Assembly: GCA_047602405.1 (NCBI GenBank)
Contig: JASGHJ010000002.1
Location: 2,656,001 to 2,720,000 of the forward strand
DNA: 64,000 nt
Direction: 5' to 3'
Origin: Anaeromyxobacteraceae bacterium
GTDB lineage: Bacteria; Myxococcota; Myxococcia; Myxococcales; Anaeromyxobacteraceae
Shown in pieces: positions 51,250 to 61,899 of the stretch; the first letter of the stretch is position 1; the number at the start of each line of letters is the position of its first letter. The position numbers were made by a program, and so were the translations under genes. Below the pieces are notes generated by a model. That model had not been told where the DNA came from. It did not search any database and saw only the letters and a program-made list of their open reading frames with translations.

Positions 51250-52118
51250 GGCCGCGCCTCCGTCGTGGCGGGCGCGCCGGCGGGCTCGGTCAGCCCGTAG
51301 TTGCCGGTGTGGCGGGTGATGCCCGGGACCATCTTCATCGTCACCATCGAGCTCATCACGATGGCGAAGCCGACGAGGGTGAGGAGCGCGTAGCGGCGGC
51401 CGTGCCACCCGGAGTGGCGCAGCTGCACCATCGCGCCGTAGAGGAGCCACACGCCCACCGAGACCACCTGCTGCGGGTCCCACGACCAGGCCGTCTTCCA
51501 GACGCTGGTCGCGGTGACGGTGCCGGCGACGAGCGCCACCGAGAAGACGACGAAGCCCGCCCGCACGAGCCGCTGGTTCATGCGATCGAGCTGGTCGAGC
51601 GAGGGCAGGCGCGAGAAGAGGGCGCCGAAGCGCTTGCCCTTCACCTCGCGCTCCTGGAGGAGGTACATGACCCCCACGCCGAACGCGATGGCGAAGAGGG
51701 CCACCCCGAGCACCGCCGACATGATGTGGATGGTGATGGCCGGGTGGCGCACCATCTCCGGCGCGATGTCCGGGTGGCCGGGGGTCCCGAAGAGCGCCGG
51801 CGTGAGCAGCACCAGGGTGAACGGGGTGACGAACGCCCCGAGGCTCGGCAGCCGGTAGAAGCGGTGCAGGAGCAGGTAGGCGCCCGTCACGAGCCAGACG
51901 AGCAGGACCACCCCGCCGCGCAGGCCGAAGAACTCGCGGCCGCCGAACTCGGCGCAGCCCGCGCCGATGGCCATCGCGTGGACGACGAACCCGCCGAGCT
52001 GCCACCAGAAGCCGAACGTGGCCGCGGCCGTATGCCGCGGGCGCGCGAAGTAGAGGATGTAGCCGGCGGCGCCGACGAGGTACAGCAGGGCTGCGATGCG
52101 TAGGATCTCGATGCTCAT
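51246..52118 (-). CDS. ccsA: Cytochrome c assembly protein, CcsA/HemX-like
   Basis: About 8 TMs, conserved His residues, [13 protein letters not shown]; upstream of hemA. Confidence 0.85.
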   Translation of the reverse strand: MSIEILRIAALLYLVGAAGYILYFARPRHTAAATFGFWWQLGGFVVHAMAIGAGCAEFGGREFFGLRGGVVLLVWLVTGAYLLLHRFYRLPSLGAFVTPFTLVLLTPALFGTPGHPDIAPEMVRHPAITIHIMSAVLGVALFAIAFGVGVMYLLQEREVKGKRFGALFSRLPSLDQLDRMNQRLVRAGFVVFSVALVAGTVTATSVWKTAWSWDPQQVVSVGVWLLYGAMVQLRHSGWHGRRYALLTLVGFAIVMSSMVTMKMVPGITRHTGNYGLTEPAGAPATTEARP

Positions 52119-52147
52119 GGCTTCTTCCCGGGCTTCAGAGAGCCCGG

Positions 52148-52615
52148 TCAGGACAGGTTGTCGAGCAGGAAGCGGGCGAGGGCCTCGGCCTCCTTGCGCT
52201 TCTCCTCGAGCTCCTTCGGCAGCGGCGCGCCGCCGAGCGGCTTCGACCGCGCCTCCTCGGCCGGCTTCTTCTTCGCCGGTCCGGAGGGCGCCGTCGCGGC
52301 CGCCTGCAGCACGCTCGCCTCGGCGAGGAACCCCTGCTGCACCTCGTAGACGAGGTCCCCGACGATGCAGGAGTCTCCGGCGGGCTCGGCGCCCATGTCC
52401 TTGAGCTGCGACATGGGCTTCACCTTGTGGACGAGGGCGTTCGGGTCGGTCTCGCCCGACAGGAGCTTCATGAACCGGATCGCCGGCTCGAGGGCGTAGC
52501 TCCTCCCCGACCCCTCCCCCGAGAGGAGGGTCATCACGTTGCCGACGAAGTCGATCTTCCCCTGGTCCGCCCAGGAGTCGAGCATCGCCTGCGATACGAA
52601 GAGGAGTCCCGCCAT
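52148..52615 (-). CDS. Hypothetical protein
   Basis: Strong coding bias; LFVSQAMLDSW..YEVQQGFL..LARFLLDNLS. Confidence 0.75.
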   Translation of the reverse strand: MAGLLFVSQAMLDSWADQGKIDFVGNVMTLLSGEGSGRSYALEPAIRFMKLLSGETDPNALVHKVKPMSQLKDMGAEPAGDSCIVGDLVYEVQQGFLAEASVLQAAATAPSGPAKKKPAEEARSKPLGGAPLPKELEEKRKEAEALARFLLDNLS

Positions 52616-52713
52616 GGTGCCGCGCGGAAATTACCACCAAAGGCGACACCCTTGCCAGGGTCAGACCCAGCGGCTAAACAAGGCCCCCTCCAGCCTTCCA
52701 CCGGAGCGAAACC

Positions 52714-53046
52714 ATGGCCTCGAACGACCTCGTCATCCTGCAGGACGCCACCTTCGACAAGGAGGTCCTGAAGTCCGACGTCCCCGTGCTCGTCGACTTC
52801 TGGGCGGTGTGGTGCGGCCCCTGCAAGGCGATCGCGCCGCACGTCGAGGCGCTCGCCTCCGAGTACAAGGGCAAGGTGAAGGTCGCGAAGATGGACGTGG
52901 ACGAGCACCAGCAGGTGCCCCAGCAGTACGGCATCCGCTCCATCCCGACCCTGCTCGTCTTCAAGGGCGGCCGCGTGGTCGACACGATCGTCGGCGCGGT
53001 CCCGAAGGCGAAGCTCGAGGAGTCGCTGAAGAAGGCGATGGGCTAG
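52714..53046 (+). CDS. trxA: Thioredoxin
   Basis: [18 protein letters not shown]. Confidence 0.97.
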   Translation: MASNDLVILQDATFDKEVLKSDVPVLVDFWAVWCGPCKAIAPHVEALASEYKGKVKVAKMDVDEHQQVPQQYGIRSIPTLLVFKGGRVVDTIVGAVPKAKLEESLKKAMG

Positions 53047-53048
53047 CT

Positions 53049-53077
53049 GTTCGTGGGATGCGCAGCATCCCACGAAC
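53049..53077. terminator. Hairpin between convergent trxA and rodA
   Basis: GTTCGTGGGATGC-GCA-GCATCCCACGAAC, perfect 13-bp stem. Confidence 0.75.
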
Positions 53078-53101
53078 CTGCCTCTCCCCCGGGCGTCGCG
53101 G

Positions 53102-54223
53102 CTAATTCACGAACCGTCTCATCCCCAGGTTCGCGAGCAGCCCCATGGCCGCGTAGATCACGAGCACGGACGAGCCGCCGTAGCTCATGAGCGGCAGGGT
53201 CACGCCGACCACGGGGAGCACGCCGGTCACCATCCCGACGTTGATGGTGACCTGCCAGAAGAGCATCCCGACGAGCCCCACCGCGAGGAAGCTCCCGAAC
53301 CGGTCGCGGGCGTTGCCGGCGATCTCGATCGCGCTCGCGATGAGGACGAAGTAGAGCGCGAGGAGGAGCAGGCAGCCCACGAAGCCGCGCTCCTCGGCCC
53401 ACACCGAGAAGATGAAGTCGGTGTGCTGCTCGGGCAGGAACGAGAGGTAGGTCTGGGTCCCCTGCCCCCAGCCCTTCCCGAAGCCCTGGCCCGAGCCGAC
53501 CGCGATCATCGACTGCGTCGCGTGGTAGCCCGCGCCGAGGGCGTCCTTGCCCGGGTCGAGGAACGTCTCGACGCGCTTCTTCTGGTACGGCTTCAGGTGC
53601 GGGTAGACGAACACCGCGCCGCTCACCGCGACCGTGGCGAGGATCGCGAGCGTCTTCCAGCGCACCCGCGCGAAGAGGATCTGGGTCATCCCCGTCGCGA
53701 CGATGATGAGCGCGGTGCCGAGGTCGGGCTGCTTCAGCGTGAGCACCGCCGGCAGGAGGATGATCGCGAACGGGATGAGGAGGCCCACGAGCCCGTAGCC
53801 CTCCTTGCCGCGCCGCTCGGCGTCGCGGCTGAACCAGGCGGCGAGCGCCAGCGCCACCGCGAGCTTCGCGAGCTCGGAGGGCTGCAGGTTGATGGGCCCG
53901 AGGTCGAGCCAGCGCCGGGCGCCCATCACCACCTTGCCCTTCACGAAGACGAGCAGGAGGAGCCCCACCGTGGCGCCGTAGGCGAGCCAGGCGAGCCGCT
54001 GGAAGGTGCGGGTGTCGAACAGGCAGATGCCGAGGGCGATCACGGCGCCGGCGCCCATGAACCAGCTCTGCTGGATCCAGACCGGCGCGTGCGCGCTGCG
54101 GGAGGCGGAGGCGAGGTTCCAGATCCCGATCACCGAGATCGCGAGCGTGACGAACGCGAGGTGCCACGGGAAGTGGGCGAAGATCCGCCGCTGCGGCGAC
54201 GCGGAGAAGCTGATGTCAGCCAC
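53102..54223 (-). CDS. rodA: Rod shape-determining SEDS protein
   Basis: GARRW, QPSELAK, QPDLGT, LPEQHTDFIF, LPLMSYGGSS. Confidence 0.96.
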   Translation of the reverse strand: MADISFSASPQRRIFAHFPWHLAFVTLAISVIGIWNLASASRSAHAPVWIQQSWFMGAGAVIALGICLFDTRTFQRLAWLAYGATVGLLLLVFVKGKVVMGARRWLDLGPINLQPSELAKLAVALALAAWFSRDAERRGKEGYGLVGLLIPFAIILLPAVLTLKQPDLGTALIIVATGMTQILFARVRWKTLAILATVAVSGAVFVYPHLKPYQKKRVETFLDPGKDALGAGYHATQSMIAVGSGQGFGKGWGQGTQTYLSFLPEQHTDFIFSVWAEERGFVGCLLLLALYFVLIASAIEIAGNARDRFGSFLAVGLVGMLFWQVTINVGMVTGVLPVVGVTLPLMSYGGSSVLVIYAAMGLLANLGMRRFVN

Positions 54224-56273
54224 GCTTCACCTCGAGCCGGGCTTCCGCGGGCCGGAACTCGCCCATCTGCGGCTTCCAGGGCTTCCAGGGCGCGAGCGGC
54301 GGCACGGACGACGGGGACGGCGCGGGCGAGCCGGCGGGCAGCGTCCCGGGCGGCGTCCCGGCGCGCTCGGCGTCGTCCTGCGCCTTCAGGCGGACCCAGG
54401 CCTTCACGACCTCGACCGCCGTGGGGGCGGCGTTCGACGCGCCGAAGCCGGAGTGCTCGTTGAGCACGACCACCACGATCTGCGGATCGTCCGCCGGCGC
54501 GAAGGTCACGAACCAGGCGTGGTCGCGCTGCGCGTAGGGCACCTGCGAGGCCTTGAGGCGGACGGCGCCGATCTTCACGACCTGGGCGGTGCCGGTCTTC
54601 CCGGCGAGCTTCACCTCGAGGTCCTTCGGACGGACGCCGTAGGCCGTGCCGAACGGCTCGTTGACCGCGGCGAGCAGCCCCTTCAGCACCGCCGCCCGGG
54701 TCTCCGGCGCGATGCGCGGGCGGGACTTCTCCTGCGGCGCGAACTGCTGGAGCACGCGCCCTTCGGCGTCCTCGACCCGGAGCACCACCTGCGGCTTCCA
54801 GACGATCCCGGTCGCGAGCGCGCCGTAGAACACCACCTGCTGCATCGGCGTGACGTTCACGTCGCCCTGGCCGATGGCGAGGTTCACCGGCATGCCGCGC
54901 TGGTAGCCCCCCGGGATCCGGGCGTCGTGCCACTTCACGTCGGGCACGATGCCGGGCACCTCGCCCGCGACGTCGAAGCCGGTCGGCACCCCGAGCCCGA
55001 AGGCGTTCGCCCACTTCGCGAGCGGGTCGGCGCCGAGGCGGGCGCCCGCCTCGTAGAAGAAGACGTCGCAGCTCGCGCCGAGCGCGTGCTCGAAGTCGAC
55101 GTAGCCGTGGCCCGACTCCTTGTCGCAGCGCCAGCGGTACTTCCCCATCGTGAAGTGGCCGGGGCAGAAGACCTGGGTGGTGGGCTTGAAGACGCCCTCC
55201 TCCATCGCCGCGATCGAGGTGAGCGCCTTGAAGGTCGAGCCGGGGTGGTAGTGCTGCTGGATCGCCCGGAAGAGCTCGGGCTGCAGCGGGTCGGAGTGGA
55301 TCGCGGCGAGCTCGGCGGAGGTGATGCGGCCGGACATCTTGTTCGGGTCGGGCGCGGGCCGGTCGACGAGCGCGAGCAGGAAGCCGGTCTTCGCGTCCAT
55401 CGCGATCACCGCGCCCGCGGTGGCGGGGAACGTCTTCTCGGCGATCTCCTGGAGGCGCCAGTCGATCGAGAGCACGAGGTTGTGACCGGGCGTCGAGCGC
55501 ACCACCCGCTGGTCCTCGGGGATGAGCTCGTCGGCGTCGTCCTTGCGGCGGCCCTTCGCGTCGACGGGGACACGCTCCTTCCCGTCCACGCCGCGCAGCT
55601 CGCGCTCCCAGCGGCGCTCGAGCCCGCGGCGGCCGACGTAGTCGCCCACGAGGTAGGCCGACTGCGAGGCCTTGTCCCGCTGCAGGTCGTCGTTGAGCTT
55701 CTTGAGCTCCTCGGGCCCGGCCTCGTTCATGTAGCCGATGAGGTGGCCGCCGAGCGAGCCGTAGCGGTAGTTGCGGTGGGGCGTCGCCTGCACGTCGATG
55801 CCCGGCAGGTCCATCTGGTTCGCGAGGAAGAGGTCGAGCTCCTCGCGCGGGATGTCCACCTTCACGGTGAAGGGGCGGAAGCGCTCGAGCTTCTTCGCCG
55901 AGCGGAGCTGGTTCCGCGCGCGCTCGAGCTCCTCCTCCGACATCGCGAGCATCGTCGCCAGGCGGGAGAGCACGTCCTCGCAGGTCTTGCCGCAGAAGTA
56001 GGGCGTCAAGGAGACGTCGTAGGAGGGGCGCGCGTCGACGAGGATCCGGCGGTTCTTGTCGAGCACCTGCCCGCGGTCGGCGGGCTGGCGGAGCTCCTTC
56101 ACGAAGTTCTCGTCCGCCTTCTCCTTGAACTCGTCGCCGCGCAGCACCTGCAGCTGGTAGAGGCGGCCGAGGAGCACGAGGAAGGCGACCACCATCACGC
56201 CGGTCGCCCAGAACAGGCGGGGCCTGAACTCCTTCTGCGAGGCGCCGGGGGCGCTGGGGGGCAGGAGCGACAT
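54216..56273 (-). CDS. mrdA: Penicillin-binding protein 2
   Basis: PGSTFK, SCD, KTGTAQ, DHAWF. Confidence 0.96.
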   Translation of the reverse strand: MSLLPPSAPGASQKEFRPRLFWATGVMVVAFLVLLGRLYQLQVLRGDEFKEKADENFVKELRQPADRGQVLDKNRRILVDARPSYDVSLTPYFCGKTCEDVLSRLATMLAMSEEELERARNQLRSAKKLERFRPFTVKVDIPREELDLFLANQMDLPGIDVQATPHRNYRYGSLGGHLIGYMNEAGPEELKKLNDDLQRDKASQSAYLVGDYVGRRGLERRWERELRGVDGKERVPVDAKGRRKDDADELIPEDQRVVRSTPGHNLVLSIDWRLQEIAEKTFPATAGAVIAMDAKTGFLLALVDRPAPDPNKMSGRITSAELAAIHSDPLQPELFRAIQQHYHPGSTFKALTSIAAMEEGVFKPTTQVFCPGHFTMGKYRWRCDKESGHGYVDFEHALGASCDVFFYEAGARLGADPLAKWANAFGLGVPTGFDVAGEVPGIVPDVKWHDARIPGGYQRGMPVNLAIGQGDVNVTPMQQVVFYGALATGIVWKPQVVLRVEDAEGRVLQQFAPQEKSRPRIAPETRAAVLKGLLAAVNEPFGTAYGVRPKDLEVKLAGKTGTAQVVKIGAVRLKASQVPYAQRDHAWFVTFAPADDPQIVVVVLNEHSGFGASNAAPTAVEVVKAWVRLKAQDDAERAGTPPGTLPAGSPAPSPSSVPPLAPWKPWKPQMGEFRPAEARLEVKRG

Positions 56274-56279
56274 CGGCGG

Positions 56280-56789
56280 TCAGGGCAGGAGGCCCGGCTC
56301 CTCGCGATCGAACAGGAGGTCCACCCGGCGCAGGAGCGCGAGCACCGCCGGCGAGGCGGCCGCGGTGCACACGGCCTCCACGGCGATGCGGCCGGCGAGG
56401 GTGGCGCCCGGCGCGAGCTCCGGGGCGGAGGTGAAGCGGGTGAGGAGGAGCGCGCCCAGCGCGAGGACCGCCGCCGCGAGCCCGGAGAGCGCCGCGAAGG
56501 GCGCCCGGCCCCGCACGTCGACCGCCGCGGCGACCGCGCGGGCGAGCACGAAGACCAGCACGCACAGGAAGGTGTGGAGCCCCTTCGGCGCGCCGGTCAC
56601 GACGTCGAGCACGTAGCCGGTGCCGGCGGCGGCCACCGAGCCGTCGACGTTGTTCTCGTGGAGGCCGAGGTAGACCACCACCGAGGCGAGCAGGGAGAGC
56701 GAGAAGGCCCCGCCGCCCAGCCAGGTGAGGAGCGCCGCCTGCGCCGCCGCGAGCAGGAGCGCCACGAGGACGTGCGCGAGCGCCTTCAC
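56280..56789 (-). CDS. mreD: MreD-like membrane protein
   Basis: Hydrophobic ORF between mreC and mrdA; GYVLDV motif. Confidence 0.8.
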   Translation of the reverse strand: MKALAHVLVALLLAAAQAALLTWLGGGAFSLSLLASVVVYLGLHENNVDGSVAAAGTGYVLDVVTGAPKGLHTFLCVLVFVLARAVAAAVDVRGRAPFAALSGLAAAVLALGALLLTRFTSAPELAPGATLAGRIAVEAVCTAAASPAVLALLRRVDLLFDREEPGLLP

Positions 56790-57661
56790 GGCGCGGTCCC
56801 CGGCGCGAGCGCGGCCGGCATCACGTCGTTCGACCGCTCCCAGCGGGTGACGACGAGGACCTCCTCGATGCGGGTCACGTCCACGGCCGGCGCGACCCGC
56901 GCGTCCATGAAGAGCCCGTGCGCGTTCTTCTCGAGGTGGTGGACGCGGCCGACCGGCAGCCCGCGGGGGAACACGCCGTCGGTGCCGGCGGTCACGAGGA
57001 GGTCGCCCTCGATCATGTCCTCGGAGCGGAGCGCGTAGTCGAGCCGGGCGGCGTCGGGCTTGCCGAGGCCGCGCACGTTGGCGCGGGCGCGGGTGCGCTC
57101 GACGCGCACGGCGATGGAGCTGTTGCGGTCGGAGAGCACCAGCACGTCGGCGGTCGTGTCCGACACGCTGTGCACCCGCCCCACCACGCCGTCCGCGACC
57201 ACCACCGGCATCGAACGGTCCACGCCGTCCTTCAGCCCGCGGTCGAGGGTGACGAGCTGCAACCCGGTGGGCCCGAGCTTCACGCCGATGATGCGCGCGC
57301 CCACGTAGGTGCGCTCGGACGCGCCGGCCTGGAAGGCGAGGAGGTGCCGGAGCCGCTCGACCTCGACGCGCTCGGAGAGGAGCTCGAGCCGCTCGAGGCG
57401 CAGGCGGTTCACCTCCTGCGACAGCTCGACGGCGCGCTCGTGCGCGTGTCGGAGGCCGACGTACCCCGACCAGGCGTTCATCGTCCCGGTGACGGCCCAC
57501 GCGACCCCCCGCTCGAGGGGCGTGGTGAGCCAGAGCACCGCCCGATCGAGGCGCGTGCGGTCGCTCGGCTTGCGCGCGTGGGCGAAGAAGACGCCGAGGG
57601 GGACGAGGAGGAGCACCGAGACCAGGATGAGCTCTCGGTACCGCCTGAGGAGCGCGAGCAC
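56786..57661 (-). CDS. mreC: Rod shape-determining protein MreC
   Basis: TM, coiled coil, LDRGLKDGV, GVVGRV, TAGTDGVFPRGLPVG. Confidence 0.95.
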   Translation of the reverse strand: MLALLRRYRELILVSVLLLVPLGVFFAHARKPSDRTRLDRAVLWLTTPLERGVAWAVTGTMNAWSGYVGLRHAHERAVELSQEVNRLRLERLELLSERVEVERLRHLLAFQAGASERTYVGARIIGVKLGPTGLQLVTLDRGLKDGVDRSMPVVVADGVVGRVHSVSDTTADVLVLSDRNSSIAVRVERTRARANVRGLGKPDAARLDYALRSEDMIEGDLLVTAGTDGVFPRGLPVGRVHHLEKNAHGLFMDARVAPAVDVTRIEEVLVVTRWERSNDVMPAALAPGTAP

Positions 57662-57865
57662 GCGACTTTGACTCCGGGCTGCTGGTTACCTACCGCTGGG
57701 TTGCTGCGGACGGCTGGGCTTCGGGTGACGGCACGGGATGGGCGCGGAGATCCGGCGTGTAGGCCGGAATCACTTGCATTTTAGCCCCTGTTGACTAGGG
57801 TGTTCAACCTCGCAGCGCTCCCGTGAGGGGGCGCCGACCCTTCAACAACCGGGAGCACCCGTTTC

Positions 57866-59431
57866 ATGCTCGACGTCCTGCGTGACAACAAGCGCGGCCT
57901 GTTCAGCTGGATCATCATCCTCGGCCTCGCCGCCATCTTCGCCATCTACTTCGGTGGGCCGGGCTCGCTGTCCCGCCAGAAGGGCGGCGGCGTGTCCGGC
58001 GGCACCGCCCAGTACGCCGCCCGCGTGAACGGCGAGGTGGTCGGGGCGATGGAGTTCGAGAAGCAGGTCAACCGGCTCTTCGAGGTCTACCGCGCCCAGT
58101 CGGGCGGGCAGCTCACCCGGGAGCTGGCGGTCCAGCTCGGCCTGACGACCCAGGCCCTCGACATGCTCATCGACCGCAAGGTCGTGATCCAGGAGGCGAA
58201 GCGGCGCGGGATCCTGATCCCGGACGAGGAGGTCGCGAAGGAGATCGCCCAGAACCAGGCGTTCTTCGTGAACGGCAAGTTCGACCGCGCCGCCTACCGC
58301 GAGATCGCCCGCCAGAACTTCGGCAACGAGGCGCGCTTCGAGGACGCCATCCGCGAGGACATGCTCTACCGGCAGCTGACCGGCGCCGTGGAGCAGACCG
58401 TGAAGGTCTCGCCCGCCGACGTCCGCCAGACCTGGGAGCAGGCCAACGACCGCGTCGCGCTGCGGTACGTCCTCTTCCCCCGCACGGCGCTCGAGGCCGA
58501 GGTGAAGCCCACCGACGCCGAGGCCACCGCGTTCGCGCAGAAGGAGGCCGCGAAGATCCAGGCCTTCTACGACGGGAACAAGGCGCGCTTCGAGCAGAAG
58601 GCGAAGGCCAAGGTCCGCCACGTCCTCGCCCGCGTGGCCGAGGGCGACGCCGCCGCCGACGCGGCCGCGAAGAAGCGCATCGAGGAGGCCGCGGCCCGCG
58701 TCCAGAAGGGCGAGGACTTCGCCGCCGTCGCCGCGTCGCTCTCCGACGACGAGAACACGAAGCTCAAGGGCGGCGACCTCGGCTACGTCGCCGAGGGGCT
58801 CTACGACGAGGCCTTCGTGAAGGCCGCGCTCGCCCTCAAGAAGGGCGAGGTCTCCCCCCCGGTGCGCACGCAGGCCGGCTGGCACCTCGTGAAGGCCGAC
58901 GAGATCGTCCCGGCGAAGACCACCACCCTCGAGGAGGCGAAGCTCCAGATCGCGAAGGAGCTCATCGCGAAGGAGCGCGCCGTGAAGCTCGGCGCCGAGA
59001 AGGCCGCCGCCGCGCTCGCCGCCGCCCAGAAGGTGAAGGAGCCCGGCAAGCAGCTCGCCGGCTTCAAGGCGAAGCTCGGGGGCCGCGACCTCGCCGCCGC
59101 CGAGACCGGCGCCTTCGAGGCGAGCTCCGAGGTCGTCCCCCAGCTCGGCCTGGTCAAGGAGCTCCGCGACGCCGCCCTCGCCGCCAGCGCGGGCACGCTG
59201 CTCCCGAAGGTCTACGAGACGGCCGCCGGCCCGGTGGTCGCCGAGGTAGTCACCCGCGAGCGCCCGGATCCCGCGAAGTGGGAGAAGGACAAGGACGCCG
59301 CCACCGACGCCCTGCGCCGCCAGCGCAGCTACGTCGCGCAGCAGGCGTGGGTGAAGACCCTCCGCGACGCCGCGAAGATCGAGAAGAACGAGGTCTACCT
59401 CGCCGAGGTCGCGCCCGGCGCCCGGCGGTAG
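57866..59431 (+). CDS. SurA/PpiD-like parvulin peptidyl-prolyl isomerase
   Basis: N-terminal TM, SurA_N-like domain, [25 protein letters not shown]. Confidence 0.88.
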   Translation: MLDVLRDNKRGLFSWIIILGLAAIFAIYFGGPGSLSRQKGGGVSGGTAQYAARVNGEVVGAMEFEKQVNRLFEVYRAQSGGQLTRELAVQLGLTTQALDMLIDRKVVIQEAKRRGILIPDEEVAKEIAQNQAFFVNGKFDRAAYREIARQNFGNEARFEDAIREDMLYRQLTGAVEQTVKVSPADVRQTWEQANDRVALRYVLFPRTALEAEVKPTDAEATAFAQKEAAKIQAFYDGNKARFEQKAKAKVRHVLARVAEGDAAADAAAKKRIEEAAARVQKGEDFAAVAASLSDDENTKLKGGDLGYVAEGLYDEAFVKAALALKKGEVSPPVRTQAGWHLVKADEIVPAKTTTLEEAKLQIAKELIAKERAVKLGAEKAAAALAAAQKVKEPGKQLAGFKAKLGGRDLAAAETGAFEASSEVVPQLGLVKELRDAALAASAGTLLPKVYETAAGPVVAEVVTRERPDPAKWEKDKDAATDALRRQRSYVAQQAWVKTLRDAAKIEKNEVYLAEVAPGARR

Positions 59432-59433
59432 CC

Positions 59434-60015
59434 GTGCCCCGCCTCGTCCTTGCCTCGCAGAGCCCACGCCGGCGCGAGCTGCTCGCCGGCCTGGGCCTCG
59501 CGCTCGACGTGCGCCCCGCGCACGCCGACGAGTCCCAGCGGCCGGGCGAGGCGCCCGCCGACTACGTCCTGCGCGTCGCGCGCGACAAGGCCCGGGCCGT
59601 GCCCGGCGACGTCGTGCTCGGCGCCGACACCGCGGTCGTGGTCCGCGGCGCCATCCTGGGCAAGCCCGCCGACGAGGCGGACGCGCGCCGCATGCTCCGG
59701 GCCCTCTCGGGCGAGGTGCACGAGGTCCTGACCGGCGTCTGCGTGCGCCGGAACGCCGGGACGCTCGGGGTCGAGCTCGACGCGGTGGTGTCGACCGAGG
59801 TCCGCTTCCAGCGCCTCACCACCGCGCAGATCGACTGGTACGTCTCCACCGGCGAGCCCCTCGACAAGGCCGGCGCCTACGCCCTGCAGGGTGCGGGCGG
59901 CGTCTTCGTGGCCGGCGTCGAGGGCTCGGTCTCCAACGTGATCGGGCTGCCGCTCGGCGAGACCGTCGACCTCCTCCGGCACGCCGGCTTCCCCCTGCCC
60001 TGGGAGTCGCCGTGA
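59434..60015 (+). CDS. maf: Maf nucleoside-triphosphate pyrophosphatase
   Basis: [28 protein letters not shown]. Confidence 0.93.
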   Translation: MPRLVLASQSPRRRELLAGLGLALDVRPAHADESQRPGEAPADYVLRVARDKARAVPGDVVLGADTAVVVRGAILGKPADEADARRMLRALSGEVHEVLTGVCVRRNAGTLGVELDAVVSTEVRFQRLTTAQIDWYVSTGEPLDKAGAYALQGAGGVFVAGVEGSVSNVIGLPLGETVDLLRHAGFPLPWESP

Positions 60016-60665
60016 GCGTCGGCGACCGCGCCCGCGCCATCCTCGCCAGGATCCCCGCCGGCGCGACGCTCGTCGCGGTGTCGAAGACGCAGCCCGCCGA
60101 CGCGATCCGCGAGGCCTACGCGGCCGGGGTCCGCGACTTCGGGGAGAACTACGCGCAGGAGTGGCGGGCGAAGGCCGACGCGCTCGCCGACCTCGCCGAC
60201 CTCCGGTGGCACTTCATCGGCTCCCTGCAGACCAACAAGGCGAGGCTGCTCGCCGGCCGGGTGGCCTGCGTCCACGCGGTCGACCGGCTCGAGCTCGCGC
60301 GCGAGCTCTCGAAGCGGTGGGCCGCGCTCGGAAAGACGCTGAAGGTCTTCCTCGAGGTGAACACCGGCGGCGAGGCGTCGAAGGGCGGCTGCGCGCCCGG
60401 AGGGGTGGAGGCGCTCGCGGCCGCGGTGAAGGCGCTCCCCGCGATCGAGCTCGTCGGGCTCATGTGCATCCCGCCGCCCGAGGACGATCCCCGGCCGCAC
60501 TTCCGCACGCTCCGCGCGCTGCGCGACCGGCTCGGCCTGCGGGAGCTGTCGATGGGCATGAGCGCCGACTGGGAGGCCGCCCTCGAGGAGGGCTCGACCT
60601 TCGTGCGGGTCGGCAGCGCCATATTCGGCGCGCGGCCGCCAAGAGCCGACCCATCCCGAGCGTAG
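60012..60665 (+). CDS. yggS: PLP homeostasis protein, YggS family
   Basis: [38 protein letters not shown]. Confidence 0.95.
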   Translation: MSVGDRARAILARIPAGATLVAVSKTQPADAIREAYAAGVRDFGENYAQEWRAKADALADLADLRWHFIGSLQTNKARLLAGRVACVHAVDRLELARELSKRWAALGKTLKVFLEVNTGGEASKGGCAPGGVEALAAAVKALPAIELVGLMCIPPPEDDPRPHFRTLRALRDRLGLRELSMGMSADWEAALEEGSTFVRVGSAIFGARPPRADPSRA

Positions 60666-60697
60666 CGGCCGCGCCAGCGGCCGCGGAGTCGAGGGAC
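60651..60697 (+). repeat. REP-like palindrome overlapping the yggS stop
   Basis: CCATCCCGAGCGTA-GCGGCCGC-GCCA-GCGGCCGC-GGAGTCGAGGGAC. Confidence 0.75.
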
Positions 60698-60729
60698 GGC
60701 GCGCGGCCTCCAGCAGAGGGACGGAGGCC

Positions 60730-60948
60730 CTAGATCCCCTTGAGCTTCAGCCGGCCCTCGTCGGTCACGGTCACCAGGTACTCCTGGCCGCAGTAGTAGC
60801 AGCGGATCTCGTCTCCGTTGCCGAAGCCGTCGTCCCAGGGGTTGTTGGCGTTGCAGTCGGGGCAGTCGAAGTCCTTGAACCGGCGCTCCGCGCCCTCGCC
60901 ACCCGGTTGCTTCTCGTCCTCGTCGTCGTACGTCCGGTCGTACGGCAT
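60730..60948 (-). CDS. Small zinc-ribbon protein
   Basis: DFDCPDCNANN..IRCYYCGQE. Confidence 0.75.
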   Translation of the reverse strand: MPYDRTYDDEDEKQPGGEGAERRFKDFDCPDCNANNPWDDGFGNGDEIRCYYCGQEYLVTVTDEGRLKLKGI

Positions 60949-61043
60949 CTCTGAAGGCCCCTCCCCGGCCCGCAGCGTACACGGGATCGGGTGTGCGTGT
61001 GTGGGTGCCCGCACCGGCCCCGGCCCTGGGTTAGGATCAGGGC

Positions 61044-61853
61044 ATGGAATACACTGGCCTGCCCGGCCGTCGGATCGGCATGCGGCCGCGGAGAACACGC
61101 CGGATGATCCTCAGCCTCGCCGCCTCGCTCCTCGCCCTCGCCGCGACCGCCCCCGCCCGTGCCGAGGCGTTCACGCCCGGCGAGGAGGCGATCTACCAGG
61201 TCACCTACCTGAAGCTCCCCACCGGCGAGGCCCGCATCTCGGTCGGCGCGCCCCAGGGCAGCATCTGGCCGGTCACCTTCCAGGCGAAGACCGGCGGCAT
61301 CGCGAGCCTGTTCGACATCAAGGAGCACATGGTCTCGTTCTGGGACCACACCACCCGCTCCTCCCGCGGCTCCGACCTGCGCGCGTACGAGGTCGGCGAC
61401 CTCCACGTCGACTCGACCCGCTTCGACCGCGAGAACGGCAAGGCGACGGTCACCATCGAGCGCAAGGGCAAGAAGAAGGTGAAGAACCTCGACGTCCCCT
61501 CCGACGTCCACGAGCTCACGAGCGCCTTCATGTGGCTGCGGCTCCAGCCGCTCGCCGAGGGCCAGACCTACCGGCTCCCGGTCATCGCGAGCAACAAGGC
61601 CTCCACGCTCGTGATGCAGGTCGAGAAGCGCGAGCGGGTGAAGACCCCCGCCGGGCAGTTCGAGGCCTTCAAGCTGAAGGTCGAGACGCAGATCGAGGGC
61701 AAGTTCTCCTCGTCCCGCCCGCTCGCGATGTGGGTCACCAGCGACGACGCCCACGTGCTCCTGCGCGTCGAGGCGGACTTCGCGGTGGGCAGCATGGTGG
61801 TCGCGCTCAAGCGCTACACGCCGGGCGCGCCGATGACCGCGGACGCCCGGTAG
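61044..61853 (+). CDS. DUF3108-like secreted protein; start 61044 or 61104
   Basis: Signal peptide, FTPGEEAIY, ERVKTPAGQFEA, MWVTSDD. Confidence 0.8.
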   Translation: MEYTGLPGRRIGMRPRRTRRMILSLAASLLALAATAPARAEAFTPGEEAIYQVTYLKLPTGEARISVGAPQGSIWPVTFQAKTGGIASLFDIKEHMVSFWDHTTRSSRGSDLRAYEVGDLHVDSTRFDRENGKATVTIERKGKKKVKNLDVPSDVHELTSAFMWLRLQPLAEGQTYRLPVIASNKASTLVMQVEKRERVKTPAGQFEAFKLKVETQIEGKFSSSRPLAMWVTSDDAHVLLRVEADFAVGSMVVALKRYTPGAPMTADAR

Positions 61854-61899
61854 GGGCCGCTCCGCTCCCCCCGCGGCGCCGGGCGACGCACGTTCGGGC

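Noticed and set aside
53102..57661. mreCD-mrdA-rodA cluster lacking mreB
   Set aside because: From recollection, an unlinked mreB is the usual arrangement in myxobacteria, so this is probably not unusual.
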